From positions 6,048,001 to 6,112,000 of the forward strand of contig OZ245046.1 of assembly GCA_965224245.1 (NCBI GenBank): a stretch of 64,000 bases of DNA, written 5' to 3'. The position numbers and the translations under genes are program-made. Numbering within the stretch: position 1 is the stretch's first letter; every line of letters begins with the position of its first letter. This DNA is from Candidatus Eiseniibacteriota bacterium (lineage in GTDB: Bacteria > Eisenbacteria > RBG-16-71-46 > CAZAMP01). Positions 42,412 through 52,922 of the stretch are shown here, one piece after another. The notes below the pieces were generated by a model. That model saw only the letters and a program-made list of their open reading frames with translations, had not been told where the DNA came from and did not search any database.

Positions 42412-43113
42412 GTGCGCGTGCCCGGTCCCAAGCTCGAGATCCTCGGATACGAGACGACGCCGATCGGCACGCTGTGCCTTCGCCGCCGGCGTTTTCTCCG
42501 CCAGCCCGACACCGTAGTCACCGAGATCACGCTCGATCACGAGCTCCTGATGTCGAGCCTCCACACCGCGTCCGAGCGTGCGCTCGCGAACGCGGCGCTC
42601 GAGCGTCACGGCGGGCACGATCTCGATGTGATGATCGGGGGGCTCGGGCTCGGGTACACGACCCACGAGGCGCTGGCGTCGGACCGGGTGGCCCGCGTCG
42701 AGGTGATCGAGCTCCTGGAGCCGGTGGTCGACTGGCTCCGCGAGGGGCTGATGCCGCTCTCGGCGGCGCTGACGGCCGACGCGCGCCTCACGATCACCCG
42801 GGGCGACGCATACGCGCGGCTGGCCGGCGAGCCCGACCGTGCCGTGGATCTGATCCTCGTCGACGTCGATCACTCCCCGGACGAGCCCCTGTCCGACGCG
42901 AGCGCCGCGTTCTACACCACCGAGGGCCTCGAGCGCGCGCGGCGGCACCTGTCGCCGGGCGGCGTCCTCGCGACCTGGTCGTACGCCCCGAGCGATGCCT
43001 TTACCGCTCGCCTGGGAGAGGTGTTCTCGAGCGTACACGTGGAGACGGTCACGTTCGAGAACGTGCACGTGGGCGAGACGTGCACCGACTGGCTCTTCCT
43101 CGCCACGCGATGA
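42412..43113 (+). CDS. Spermidine-synthase-like SAM-dependent methyltransferase
   Basis: LMSS, IGGLGLGYT, LILVDVD, GGVLATWS. Confidence 0.85.
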   Translation: MRVPGPKLEILGYETTPIGTLCLRRRRFLRQPDTVVTEITLDHELLMSSLHTASERALANAALERHGGHDLDVMIGGLGLGYTTHEALASDRVARVEVIELLEPVVDWLREGLMPLSAALTADARLTITRGDAYARLAGEPDRAVDLILVDVDHSPDEPLSDASAAFYTTEGLERARRHLSPGGVLATWSYAPSDAFTARLGEVFSSVHVETVTFENVHVGETCTDWLFLATR

Positions 43114-44507
43114 TGCGCATCCGAGGCCGCCGCGGCGTGCGTGGTGTACACAGGGGTCTCCTCATCGCGTGCACGAACGCGCGCACGATGACGCGCACGA
43201 TGTCGCGCACGATGGCGCACACCGGGGCGTGCACGATGGCGCGCATGATCGCGCGCACGACTGCGGGCGTGACCGCGGGCGTGATCACAGGCGTGATCAC
43301 AGGCGTGATCGCAGGACCGATCGTCGGCGCGAGCGCCCCTCATGCCGATCACGTGCCCTTGCCGGACGACGTCCGCGCGATCTGGGTCGTGCGCGACGCA
43401 CTCGGAGACCCGGGGCCGGAGCGGATCGTCCGCGACGCGATCGAGGTGGGCGCCAACACGCTCTTCGTGCAGATCGTGGGGCGGGGCGACGCGTGGTTCA
43501 CGTCCTCGCACCTGCCGCGCGCCGAGATGCTGCCCCCGGAGGCAGGGGATCCCCTGGCCGAGATCCTGTCGATCGCGCATCGCGCCGGGCTCTCGGTCCA
43601 CGCGTGGATCAACGTGGCGGTGCTCTGGAGCGGCGCCGAGCCGCCGGCCTCGCCGATGCACGTCGTGAACGCGCGACCCGAGTGGGTGATGTGCCTCCCG
43701 AGCGGCTACTCGATGGTGACCGTGCCCCAGGACACGCTTCGCGCTCTGTACGTCGAGGGCCTCTTCGCCGAGCTCGCGCACGAGGGATATCGCGCGCACC
43801 TCGCCCGGGTCGTGGACGAGGTGCTCGACGGATACGACGTGGACGGGATCCATCTGGACTACGTTCGCCGTCCGGTCGTCGACGGCGGATACGATCGCGG
43901 CACGCTCGGCCGCTTCCTGGAGTCGGCCGGCGTGACGCGCGCCGAGGTGATGCCCGACTGGACGCGGGAGCTTCCGGCGCGCCGGTACCAGTGGCCGGAC
44001 TACGGGGACTCGGTCTCGGCGCCGATTCACCGGAAGTGGAACCGGTATCGGCGCGAGACGGTGACCGAGGCCGTGCGCGGCATCCGGGCGGTCGTGGACC
44101 GGCACGCGGCGTCCAGCGGCCGGGCGCTCGTCCTGTCGGCGGCGGTCATTCCCGATCCCGTGCGCGCGAGAAGGCGGTTCGCTCAGGACTGGCCCGCATG
44201 GATAGACGAGGGGCTCCTCGATGTCGCGGTGCTGATGTGCTACGCGAAGGGGACGAAGCCCGCGATCGCCCAGCTCGCGGCGGCGCGGGCCGAGGCGCCG
44301 GCGCGGCGGATCGTGGCCGGCGCGGGGGCGTGGCATCAGCCTCTCGGCGATGCCGCGCTGTCGCTGCGCCGCATGCTCGACGACGACGTGCGGGGGGTGT
44401 GTGTGTTCCCGTGGAGCGCGCTCTCGACCGACGTCCGGAAGAGCGTGCGTCTCGTGGGCCGGGCCTGGCGTCCACCATCACCCGCGCCGCCGGGATCGGA
44501 CCGCTGA
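43110..44507 (+). CDS. Glycoside hydrolase, GHL10/DUF187-like TIM barrel
   Basis: RAIWV, NTLFVQIVGRGDA, VHAWIN, YDVDGIHLDYVR, QDWPAW; start uncertain because of 12-bp repeats in the N-terminus. Confidence 0.8.
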   Translation: MMRIRGRRGVRGVHRGLLIACTNARTMTRTMSRTMAHTGACTMARMIARTTAGVTAGVITGVITGVIAGPIVGASAPHADHVPLPDDVRAIWVVRDALGDPGPERIVRDAIEVGANTLFVQIVGRGDAWFTSSHLPRAEMLPPEAGDPLAEILSIAHRAGLSVHAWINVAVLWSGAEPPASPMHVVNARPEWVMCLPSGYSMVTVPQDTLRALYVEGLFAELAHEGYRAHLARVVDEVLDGYDVDGIHLDYVRRPVVDGGYDRGTLGRFLESAGVTRAEVMPDWTRELPARRYQWPDYGDSVSAPIHRKWNRYRRETVTEAVRGIRAVVDRHAASSGRALVLSAAVIPDPVRARRRFAQDWPAWIDEGLLDVAVLMCYAKGTKPAIAQLAAARAEAPARRIVAGAGAWHQPLGDAALSLRRMLDDDVRGVCVFPWSALSTDVRKSVRLVGRAWRPPSPAPPGSDR

Positions 44508-44609
44508 CCCGACTTCGCTCCAAACAAACACGGGCATCTTCCTTCATAATCTGCTAGTCTGGAATCGCCTCCCCTCCCGGACAACCTCACCGTCCATGAG
44601 GAGGTACTC

Positions 44610-45251
44610 ATGCGAGCAGGCATCTGGCTCGTGATCGCGGCGGGAGCCGTGACCAGCGCGTGGGCCGATCCCGACCTCTCCCTCAACTTCTACTTGACGG
44701 CGCCCAGTTACGCCGGCGTATCGGATCCGGCATTCGACGCCATCAACCAGCTGGACTGCGTCGAGCTTCGCAGCGTACCGATGAGCGGCCCCGCGTTCGT
44801 GTGGGCCGTCGTCAGTCGCGTGGGGGGCTGGCCGGACGGCGTCGGCGGCATCATGTTCGGGGTCGAGTGGAGCGACGTCGCGATGGAGGGATGGTCGCTC
44901 GGCACGGGCGGATCGCTGATCGCGCTCGGTGGCTTCCCCGACAGCGGGACCGGCGCCGCGATGACCTACGAGAGGGGATGCTACGAACCCCAGGGCGAGT
45001 CGTCACGCCTCGGCTTCTTCCTGGTGTCCGACGCGTCGCACGGCGAGATGTCGTTCACCCCGGTCCCGAGTGAGGGGCGTGCCGACGTCGCGACCTGCCG
45101 GGCCGAGGTGTTCACGATCCCGGTCGAGAACCTCGGGTCGATCGTGTTCGGCGCCGAGGTCACGCCGGTCTGCGCGGTCTCGTCTCCGATCCGGGAGCGG
45201 TCGTGGTCGTCGATCAAGGCACTGTACGTCGAACGAGGAGGTGTGAGATGA
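44610..45251 (+). CDS. Secreted protein with SPIRERSWSSIKALY tag
   Basis: GAGGAGG SD; signal peptide; Cys-containing beta domain. Confidence 0.8.
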   Translation: MRAGIWLVIAAGAVTSAWADPDLSLNFYLTAPSYAGVSDPAFDAINQLDCVELRSVPMSGPAFVWAVVSRVGGWPDGVGGIMFGVEWSDVAMEGWSLGTGGSLIALGGFPDSGTGAAMTYERGCYEPQGESSRLGFFLVSDASHGEMSFTPVPSEGRADVATCRAEVFTIPVENLGSIVFGAEVTPVCAVSSPIRERSWSSIKALYVERGGVR

Positions 45252-45919
45252 CCTCCCGCCACATCATGATGCTCGCGCTGCCGCTCGCGCTCGCGCCGCT
45301 CGACGCTCGCGCCGACTTCGACCGGCTGGCGTCGATCAACCTGTACGTGACCGAGCCGAGCTATCTCGGTGCGAACGACCCACGCTACGCGGCCATCGAC
45401 GAGGGGTCGTGCGCCGACCTGGTCAGTGAGCCCGTCGAGGGGCTCACGTACGTGTGGGTCGTGACGAGCCGCGAGGGCGGCTGGGACGACGGGGATCCGT
45501 ACGCCGATCCCGGTCTCTACCTGATCACGTTCGGAATCGAGCACTCGGGCGTCGACGTGCTCGGCTACGTGACGACGTCCGGCCTCAGCGCCAGCTTCGA
45601 CTTCGGATTCCCCGGGTCGGAGGGCGTCGGTCACATCAGCTGGGGTGGCGAGTGCTACGGCCCACCGGGGGGCGAGTCGGCGCGGGCCGGGCTCTTTCTC
45701 CTGGCCGACGGCACGTCGGGCCGGATGGCCCTCACGCCGGCCTCGGCGGGCCACAATCTCACCGGATGGCTCTCCTGCGGACTGACGCTCCACGAGATCC
45801 ACGAGGAGAACCTCGGCTCGATCATCCTGGGGCAGACCGCCGAGCCGGTCTGCGCGGATCTGTTGCCGGTGAAGGAGACGTCGTGGTCGGCCATACGAGG
45901 GCTGTATCGGTCGTACTGA
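45248..45919 (+). CDS. Secreted protein, paralog of the preceding gene, with LPVKETSWSAIRGLYR tag
   Basis: ATGA overlap with previous stop; shared PSY.G..DP...AI....C..L and ENLGSI motifs. Confidence 0.8.
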   Translation: MTSRHIMMLALPLALAPLDARADFDRLASINLYVTEPSYLGANDPRYAAIDEGSCADLVSEPVEGLTYVWVVTSREGGWDDGDPYADPGLYLITFGIEHSGVDVLGYVTTSGLSASFDFGFPGSEGVGHISWGGECYGPPGGESARAGLFLLADGTSGRMALTPASAGHNLTGWLSCGLTLHEIHEENLGSIILGQTAEPVCADLLPVKETSWSAIRGLYRSY

Positions 45920-46056
45920 TCGGAGTCGAACCCCGCCGGTCACGACCGTGAACGTCCCGAGCGCGAGCCCCTGCGCTCGGGACGTCGTCGGCTCAACCGG
46001 TCACCACGAGGTCATCGCCTCGCGCCACGCCTCGATCGCGGCTCGCTCCATCCGGT

Positions 46057-47826
46057 CTATCGCAGAACCGTCAGCCGCTCGGCGCGACGCGTGCCCGAGG
46101 ATTCCACGACGATCCAGTAGGCCCCCGGCGCGACGGTGCGACCGGCCAGGTCGCGGTGATCCCAGACGATCGTGTGCGCGCCGGCCCCCAGCTCGGCGTC
46201 GGCGAGCTCGCGCACGCGCCGGCCCGACGCGTCGATCACGGTCACCTCGACCCGGGCCGGTATCCCCAGCGTGAGTGCGACGTCGGTCGCGCCCGAGCGG
46301 GACGGATTGGCGCCGAGGCTCAGCTGCACGACCGGGCTCGGATCGCCGCCGGACCCCACGGCCAGTCCGGCCACGGGGACCTCGACCTCGAGCACGACCT
46401 CGACGATCACGGTGCCCGCCGCGCGCGTCGATCCCCGCGGCGCGGCGTCTGCCGACACCCGGGTATCGGCCCACACCGGCGGCGTGCCGGTCTCGATCCC
46501 GGCCGCCTCGCCCGTGGCGGCGGGCTGGTCCGACGGTGGCACCGGCCGCGCCAGCGCGACGGGGACCTCGACGTCGGCGGTGACGTAGCAGTACGCGGTC
46601 TCGAAGCTCAGGCGATCGGTCATCGTCAGGCTGGAGATGCCGGTGAAGTTGTCGAGGCGCGTGCCCGCGTCGACGGCGCCGTCGCCGTCGAAGTCGATCT
46701 CGTCGCCCTCGGTCACGTAGACGTGGCCGTTGACGATCAGCGCCTCCAGCGAGCCGCCGCCGCCGTCCTCGATGTCCCAGATCAGCGCGACGTCCCCGTC
46801 CTCGTTCATGTAGCCGCCCTCGATCGCGCCGGTGAGGACGTCACCGTCGAGCGTGGCGTCGCCCTCGCGGAGGAGGATGCCGCCGTCCACGACGACGAAC
46901 TCGTCCATGCTCACGTCGGCGTCGCTGTCGCCGGAGAAGAAGAAGTGGCCGTCCTCGGTGATGCCGACGAAGTCGAAGTTGTCCCAGCTCTCACCGACCA
47001 GCCCGCCGATCTCGGCCGGGATGGGGAGCCCCTCGCCGACCAGCGTGACGAGCTCGAGCCCGACGCCGTTCATGACCATGTAGGCGTTGCCGCCGGCGGT
47101 GACCTCGGTCAGGTAGTTGGTGCCGCTCGCCGAGAAGCGGTAGTCGAAGCTGACCGGTCCCGCCGGGTCGAGCGGGGCCGGGATCAGGGGCACCATGTCG
47201 CCGCCGACCAGGACCGGCGTGGCCGCGTCTCCGACGTAGAGACCGCGGTTCTGCGTGGGGCCGGTGGGCGAGGTGGAGAATCCGCCGACGAACGTGAGCG
47301 TCCCGTCGGCGAACGACCCCGGCCGGCTCCCGAAGATCCAGAAGTTGCCGGCCTCGTTGGGATAGGGCTGCCCTTCGACGGCGATCGGCGTGCCGCCGCG
47401 CCACGCGCTGTCGAGCCCGGAGGTGCCGGTGTCGGTGTCGGTGCAGATGGCGCTGTAGCACGCGTCGTTCACGGCCGTCGAGTAGCCGAAGAAGCCCTCG
47501 TAGGAGGTCTGCTCGAGCGTGCCGATGGTGCTCTCGGTGCGCACGATGCCCGACGGGTCGGGACCGTCGCCGTCGGGGTCGCCCCAGACGTGGTGGAGCG
47601 AGGTGAGGCCGTCGGAGGTCAGGAGGAGCGCGGCGTAGCCCCGCTGGTGGTTCACCGCGGTGTTGCTGATGCCGGTGATGATCTGACCGGGATCCGCGCC
47701 GGCGAGCTGCTCGCCTTCCCGGAGGATGGCGCGGCCGACGTACTGGGCGCTCGCGACGGTGGGGATCGACGCGATCAGGGCGGTGAGGCCCATCACGGTG
47801 ACGATCGAGGCGATGACGTTCCGCAT
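46057..47826 (-). CDS. Secreted repeat (probable beta-propeller) protein plus FlgD-Ig tail
   Basis: Signal peptide; LREG/EGD repeats; tail VIDASGRRVREL...VWDHRD...PGAYW. Confidence 0.75.
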   Translation of the reverse strand: MRNVIASIVTVMGLTALIASIPTVASAQYVGRAILREGEQLAGADPGQIITGISNTAVNHQRGYAALLLTSDGLTSLHHVWGDPDGDGPDPSGIVRTESTIGTLEQTSYEGFFGYSTAVNDACYSAICTDTDTGTSGLDSAWRGGTPIAVEGQPYPNEAGNFWIFGSRPGSFADGTLTFVGGFSTSPTGPTQNRGLYVGDAATPVLVGGDMVPLIPAPLDPAGPVSFDYRFSASGTNYLTEVTAGGNAYMVMNGVGLELVTLVGEGLPIPAEIGGLVGESWDNFDFVGITEDGHFFFSGDSDADVSMDEFVVVDGGILLREGDATLDGDVLTGAIEGGYMNEDGDVALIWDIEDGGGGSLEALIVNGHVYVTEGDEIDFDGDGAVDAGTRLDNFTGISSLTMTDRLSFETAYCYVTADVEVPVALARPVPPSDQPAATGEAAGIETGTPPVWADTRVSADAAPRGSTRAAGTVIVEVVLEVEVPVAGLAVGSGGDPSPVVQLSLGANPSRSGATDVALTLGIPARVEVTVIDASGRRVRELADAELGAGAHTIVWDHRDLAGRTVAPGAYWIVVESSGTRRAERLTVLR

Positions 47827-48017
47827 GGGATGCCTCCAGGCTGGCGAATGTCGACGCGACGGGTGATGGGCTCGTCGCGAAACGGGACACGAGAGAATCG
47901 GACACGACGGACGTCGACTGCCGGACCGGACGGCCGGGTTTCGGGCCCTTTCGGGGGGCGCTCAAAGGGCGTGCCGAGGCCGGCTTTACGCGGTTTCGGA
48001 GGGGGTGGAGATTGGTG

Positions 48018-48047
48018 TTGACCGCGGAGCCGCGGCCGTCCTAATCT
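48018..48047 (+). promoter_or_regulatory. sigma70 promoter of tRNA-Asn
   Basis: TTGACC-N18-TAATCT. Confidence 0.75.
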
Positions 48048-48071
48048 CTTCGCCCGCAATGAGATTTGAGT

Positions 48072-48146
48072 TCCTCGGTAGCTCAATGGTAGAGCAAGCG
48101 GCTGTTAACCGCTAGGTTGTAGGTTCGAGTCCTACCCGGGGAGCCA
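48072..48146 (+). tRNA. tRNA-Asn (GTT)
   Basis: Acceptor stem TCCTCGG/CCGGGGA, D-arm TAGCTCAATGGTAGAGC, anticodon loop CTGTTAA, T-arm GGTTCGAGTCC, encoded CCA. Confidence 0.98.
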
Positions 48147-48152
48147 CGCTCT

Positions 48153-48180
48153 GGGGGCGTCTACGGGCGCCCCTTCTCGT
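48153..48180 (+). terminator. Hairpin terminator after tRNA
   Basis: GGGGCGTC-TAC-GGGCGCCCC followed by TTCTC. Confidence 0.6.
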
Positions 48181-48593
48181 TCACGCCCGGTTTGCCCTTC
48201 TCGTCGACCCTTCGGCCGTATATCGCGTTGGGGCGCAACGTTCTCCGGCGATTTGAAGCGCTCGAATTCTCAGCATTCTCGGCCGCTGATTGCGCCCGCG
48301 ACCGGGTTCGCAAGGCGTCCGACGTGGGCACCATGTCTCAGCATCCGCAAACCCATGGCCTGGTGGTTAACCGCCCTGGGCTCCGTTGGTCGCTCGCGGC
48401 GTCGTTCTCAGCTCCAGTTCTGTTGACACCTCCGGCCAGGCGTCACTTGAAGCGAGGCCCTCGGCATTCGGGTTTCCACGACTCCCTGCCGCGTGCCGAA
48501 TTGAACTAAACTCCTCGTCTATCGAGATCGTGAGCATTATGGATCGCCTCGCAGGCGTTCCAGGGACCGCGACTCAGCGACAGGGGCCCCTCG

Positions 48594-51422
48594 ATGCAGC
48601 GCCTCGTGTGCACAGCGCTCGCCCTGGTTCTCCTCCCGCAGACTGCCCTCGCCTCCGACGACGACATCCACTGGTTCGACGGCTTCGCGCCACCGCCCGC
48701 GGGCGAAGGACTCAACGACAAGGTGCTCGCGATGACCGAGTACGACGGTCAGCTCGTCGTGGGCGGTGACTTCACGATGGCGGGCGATCTCGCGGTGAAC
48801 TACCTGGCACAGTGGACCGGCGACGACTGGCTCGCGCTGGGCTCTGGCCCCGATGGTGTCGTCTCCGCCCTCGGCACGTGGAACGGCCAGCTCGTGATCG
48901 GCGGTGCGTTCACGTCGGCCGGCGGCGTGCCCGCGAGCAAGGTGGCCGTCTGGGATGGTGCGACATGGTCCGCGCTCGGTCTCGGGGTTGATGCGACGGT
49001 GAAAGCCATCGTCGAGTTCGAGGGCGACCTGGTCGTCGGCGGGCACTTCCTGAATGCGGGTGGCGCTCCAGCGAGCTACATCGCGCGGTGGGACGGTGTG
49101 GCCTGGAGCGAGATCGGCGGCGGGATGGACTCGCGGGTCGAGGTGCTCGCGGTCTACGACGGCGATCTCATCGCGGGCGGGCTATTCGACAACGCTGGCG
49201 GAACGCTCGTCAATCACGTCGCGCGATGGGACGGCGTCGCGTGGCAATCGATGGCGGGTGGAATGTCGGCGCGCGTGCGGGCTCTCACTGTATGGGAAGG
49301 TTCGCTGGCGGTCGGCGGCGATTTCGAGACGGCAGGTGGTGTCGCGGCGTTGCGGGTCGCGCTCTGGGACGGTGCCACGTGGTCGTCGCTCGGAGGTGGA
49401 GCAGACGATGAGGTGTTCGCGCTGGCGAGTTACAACGGGTACCTGGTCGCGGGTGGGGCCTTCCTAGACGTTGACGGCGTCTCCGCGAGCCGAGTGGCAG
49501 CCTGGAACGCGTCAGAGTGGCTCTCAATGACCACGGGCGCGGATGACGATGTCCTGTCACTGACGCGCACCAGCGGCGATCTCTATCTCGGTGGCCGTTT
49601 CGGCGTCGCAGGCAGTGCATCATCAGCATTCATCGCTCGGTGGGGCGATGCGTCGGACAAGAACCACTGGCTACCCGCCGAGTTCGCCACGTTGCAGGCC
49701 GCCATAGACTTCGCTGCGGACTACGACGACAGATTGTTGCGCGACACGCTTCGCGTTTGCGCAGGTGAGTATGGCGACGGCGCGGTAACTGACAAGGTGG
49801 TCCAGATCATTGGAAGCGGAACCGAGGTGACGTCGCTAGGCATTCTCACCTTCGTCGACAGCCGGCTCGCTGTCACGGGGAAGCGTGCCGGCAATGAGAC
49901 TCAGAACGGCGGGCACCTTGAGAGAGTCACGCTGGACGAGCTGGTGGGCGATGTGTGGAGCCTCCGAGTGGACTCCGTCGCAGTCCAAATCGTCAGCCTC
50001 GACTGCATTGACGCATACATCCATATAGGCCGGTCTGAGATTGGTTTTTGTGAGCTGAATAACTGGATCTGCCCTGATGGATACCTGACGGTTGACGAAT
50101 CTGACCTCGGCGATCTGTATCTCGATTCCTGTGGGTCGGCAACGGTCTCAAACAGCAGCGCACAAGACCTGTATGTCTATGGGGAATCGAACGCCGAGGT
50201 GAGCCGCTGCACCGCCGGACGTGCAACCGTCCGTGGATGGGCTGCGTCCGTGGGCGCCTCGACACTCGGAACTGCGGAAGTGTCTTGCCGACCGGACGGT
50301 GCAGCTAGCATTGGCGCATGCACAGTCTTCGGAGACGTAACTCTGGATGGGGATGGAGACAACACCCAAATTGACTTTGTCGCCGCTGGGGGAAACCTCA
50401 TTCTCGGGTCGCTGACGGTGGGCGGTGCCGACGAAACGTACATCGAGGGCAACACCATTGTAACGCCAATCTCCCGGCCCTACGCGGCTCGCCTGGCCGT
50501 CTCGGACTCGCCCTTCAACCGGATGACGGAGAACGTCCTGGTCGGTGGGCGAGTCGGCCTCCAAGTGACGACTGGGTCTGTGGCTCCCGAGTGCAACAAC
50601 GTATTCGGTGCGGTGGACGAGCCGTACGGCGGTCTACCTGATCTGACCGGCGTGGATGGCAACATCTCCGTAGATCCACAGTTCTGCGATGCCATCGGGG
50701 ATGACTACACGCTGGCAGAGACCTCACCATGCCTCCCCGGCAACCACCCCGACGGCTACGACTGCGGCTTGATCGGTGCCCTCGGCCAGGGGTGCGGCCC
50801 GGCCCTCGCCAATCTCGCCCCGGCGGGCTTCGTCTGCCTCCCCGACTCAGCGGCGGCCTGGGCCGATGATCCGGACAGCCTCCGGATCGGTGCCATCGTC
50901 ATCAACGACGGCAACCTCACCTCCGGCACCTTCGACGTCCGCATCGAGATCGAGGGTTGTGTCGGGTTCTGGGGCGACACGCAGATGATCGGACCGCTGA
51001 GTCCGGGTGAGGTCGATACGGTGTTCGCTGGGCCGTTCGCCGTGGAGCCCTACCAGTGCACGGTGTCGGTCTTCGTCGACTACAACGACGACGAGACCGA
51101 GTCGTCGGAGCTGGACAACGACGTCGTGGATGCGTCGGTGTGTACCGTGGTCGGCGTACCAGTAGCGCCCGAGGAGGTGACGCTGCGTGTCTGGCCGTCT
51201 CCCGCGCGGAGCATGCTGTTCATTCGAGGTGTTCCCCGGGGAGATCGAGTCAGAGTCTACGATATCGCGGGTCGTCTCATCCGCATCCTGCCGACCACTG
51301 GCGGGGGCGCGCGCTGGAACTTGCGCACCGAGAGCAGGCAGAACGTCCCAAACGGGGTCTACTTCGTCAGTGTGGATCACGCCGGGTCAAGCGACGTGAG
51401 GCGCATAGTCGTTCGTCACTAA
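48594..51422 (+). CDS. Large secreted protein: beta-propeller repeats, beta-helix-like region, CARDB-like Ig, T9SS/FlgD-like tail
   Basis: About 7 repeats of ALxxYxGxLxxGGxFxxAGG...ARWDGxxW; NISVDPQFC...SPCLPGNHP; tail VYDIAGRLIR...NGVYFV. Confidence 0.8.
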   Translation: MQRLVCTALALVLLPQTALASDDDIHWFDGFAPPPAGEGLNDKVLAMTEYDGQLVVGGDFTMAGDLAVNYLAQWTGDDWLALGSGPDGVVSALGTWNGQLVIGGAFTSAGGVPASKVAVWDGATWSALGLGVDATVKAIVEFEGDLVVGGHFLNAGGAPASYIARWDGVAWSEIGGGMDSRVEVLAVYDGDLIAGGLFDNAGGTLVNHVARWDGVAWQSMAGGMSARVRALTVWEGSLAVGGDFETAGGVAALRVALWDGATWSSLGGGADDEVFALASYNGYLVAGGAFLDVDGVSASRVAAWNASEWLSMTTGADDDVLSLTRTSGDLYLGGRFGVAGSASSAFIARWGDASDKNHWLPAEFATLQAAIDFAADYDDRLLRDTLRVCAGEYGDGAVTDKVVQIIGSGTEVTSLGILTFVDSRLAVTGKRAGNETQNGGHLERVTLDELVGDVWSLRVDSVAVQIVSLDCIDAYIHIGRSEIGFCELNNWICPDGYLTVDESDLGDLYLDSCGSATVSNSSAQDLYVYGESNAEVSRCTAGRATVRGWAASVGASTLGTAEVSCRPDGAASIGACTVFGDVTLDGDGDNTQIDFVAAGGNLILGSLTVGGADETYIEGNTIVTPISRPYAARLAVSDSPFNRMTENVLVGGRVGLQVTTGSVAPECNNVFGAVDEPYGGLPDLTGVDGNISVDPQFCDAIGDDYTLAETSPCLPGNHPDGYDCGLIGALGQGCGPALANLAPAGFVCLPDSAAAWADDPDSLRIGAIVINDGNLTSGTFDVRIEIEGCVGFWGDTQMIGPLSPGEVDTVFAGPFAVEPYQCTVSVFVDYNDDETESSELDNDVVDASVCTVVGVPVAPEEVTLRVWPSPARSMLFIRGVPRGDRVRVYDIAGRLIRILPTTGGGARWNLRTESRQNVPNGVYFVSVDHAGSSDVRRIVVRH

Positions 51423-51506
51423 GACGCGTGAGCAATGGTAGACAAACCACAGTAGGAAGGTGGCTCGGGAGTGAAAGCAGGCGCTGTTCTGCCACGAGCG
51501 GAGTCG

Positions 51507-52154
51507 ATGACGAGAGCGATCGTTCTGCTGTGCATCGTCGGGTGCGTTGTTGGATGCACGCCGCCACCCAAGCCGCCCGATCTGACGAGGTATCCGACTA
51601 CGGCGGGAAGTGCGACACGGCTGCCTACTCCGGGGGAGCGTGTCCTCGTTTGGGGCGGCCATCCGGCTGCCAGAGCGATGGCCGCGGATTGGATGTATGG
51701 CCAGAACATCAGACTCGCCGACGTCTCAATCGTGTCGGGGTCCGAGGAAGATGAACCGGAGAGGGAGTCCGATGCGCTCTCCACTGCTCGAGATGAGCGC
51801 ATCCCATACATTCTGTTCGTGGAGACGCCGGTGTCGCAGGAGGGCTACTCCTGGTCAACGGGTCGGGGCACTGTGCTTGGTTCAATTGGCGGCGTGTCCA
51901 CGAGCACCGGGGCGGGCACTGCGTTCTCGGCCAGTGTCATCGTTCGATGCGTAGAGGTCTCCAGCGGAGACCTTCTGGCGATCGGGTCCGCCCACTACTC
52001 GGAGCCGAGCCGCAGCTCACAAATCGCGTTGGATGATGTTCTGACGAAGCTTACATGCCAAGCACTCGCCACGGCCTGGGGGTTCCGCCTGGGAGGTACC
52101 CGCGCGATTTCGTCGACTGACATGTGTGAGGGAAAACGGGTTCTCGGGCCATGA
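51507..52154 (+). CDS. Hypothetical lipoprotein
   Basis: MTRAIVLLCIVGCVVGC lipobox; GGAG SD. Confidence 0.65.
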   Translation: MTRAIVLLCIVGCVVGCTPPPKPPDLTRYPTTAGSATRLPTPGERVLVWGGHPAARAMAADWMYGQNIRLADVSIVSGSEEDEPERESDALSTARDERIPYILFVETPVSQEGYSWSTGRGTVLGSIGGVSTSTGAGTAFSASVIVRCVEVSSGDLLAIGSAHYSEPSRSSQIALDDVLTKLTCQALATAWGFRLGGTRAISSTDMCEGKRVLGP

Positions 52155-52308
52155 AGGTTGTAGGGTCCGTTTCGTCGACCGGATGACGTGTCAAGGAGCA
52201 AGGTGCGCCGTTGTCGTTGGTGAGGATGCGACTGTTCCCAACAAGGATATGCTACGCCAGAAACATCGCGCGAATAGGTCGCCTGCACAGTTGGAAGGAG
52301 AAGACACC

Positions 52309-52839
52309 GTGGACACGAGACGCTCCCTAGTGTGGCTGTATTCCGGCCTGGCCGGACTGGTAATCGCAACGCCAGCAATCGCTCAATGGACGAACTCGAC
52401 CTCGAAGGACGAAATGACCGGCGAGAGAAGCTGCTACGTGCACTCCAAGTCCACGCGCCCCACCGAGAAGATGGGCTTTCCCTACGGAGATACTACTGCA
52501 TGGATGGGGATCGGATCGGACGGAGAGAGTGAGTGGGTCTACGTCAGGTTCAGCGACAGTCCGAACCTGCTCGACACATCAATTGAGGACGGGTACAACC
52601 TCATAGAGACCCGGATCAAGTGGGATGACAAGGTGGAAGATGTGACGTTCGTGCAAGAGTGGGGAGCAGAGGCGCTGCACTTTCGCGACGATGCCTCGGC
52701 TATAGCGAGAATCATGAAGTCGAATTCTGTGCTGCTCGAACTGAACTGGTACGGCGAGGGCAAGGTGTACTTTCGTTTCTCCCTGCAAGGGTCCTCAGCC
52801 GGAATAGCCAAGATGCGTCGCGACTGTGGCGGGTCGTAG
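52309..52839 (+). CDS. Secreted hypothetical protein
   Basis: GAAGGAG SD and GTG; signal peptide ending AIA-QW; KDEMTG and FRFSLQG motifs. Confidence 0.65.
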   Translation: MDTRRSLVWLYSGLAGLVIATPAIAQWTNSTSKDEMTGERSCYVHSKSTRPTEKMGFPYGDTTAWMGIGSDGESEWVYVRFSDSPNLLDTSIEDGYNLIETRIKWDDKVEDVTFVQEWGAEALHFRDDASAIARIMKSNSVLLELNWYGEGKVYFRFSLQGSSAGIAKMRRDCGGS

Positions 52840-52922
52840 TCATGACTCCACCAGCGTACCGGTTTTGGGGCAATCCGAGCTCGAGAGCAGAATGGGGCTA
52901 TCAACGCCGAAGGTGACGAGGC

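Noticed and set aside
43180-43310. 12-bp repeats at the glycoside hydrolase N-terminus as a separate element
   Set aside because: Short low-complexity tract in the presumed signal region; it only makes the start codon uncertain.
48362-48378. GTTAACCGC match to the tRNA-Asn anticodon arm as an att site
   Set aside because: Only 9 bp and not the tRNA 3' end; could be chance.
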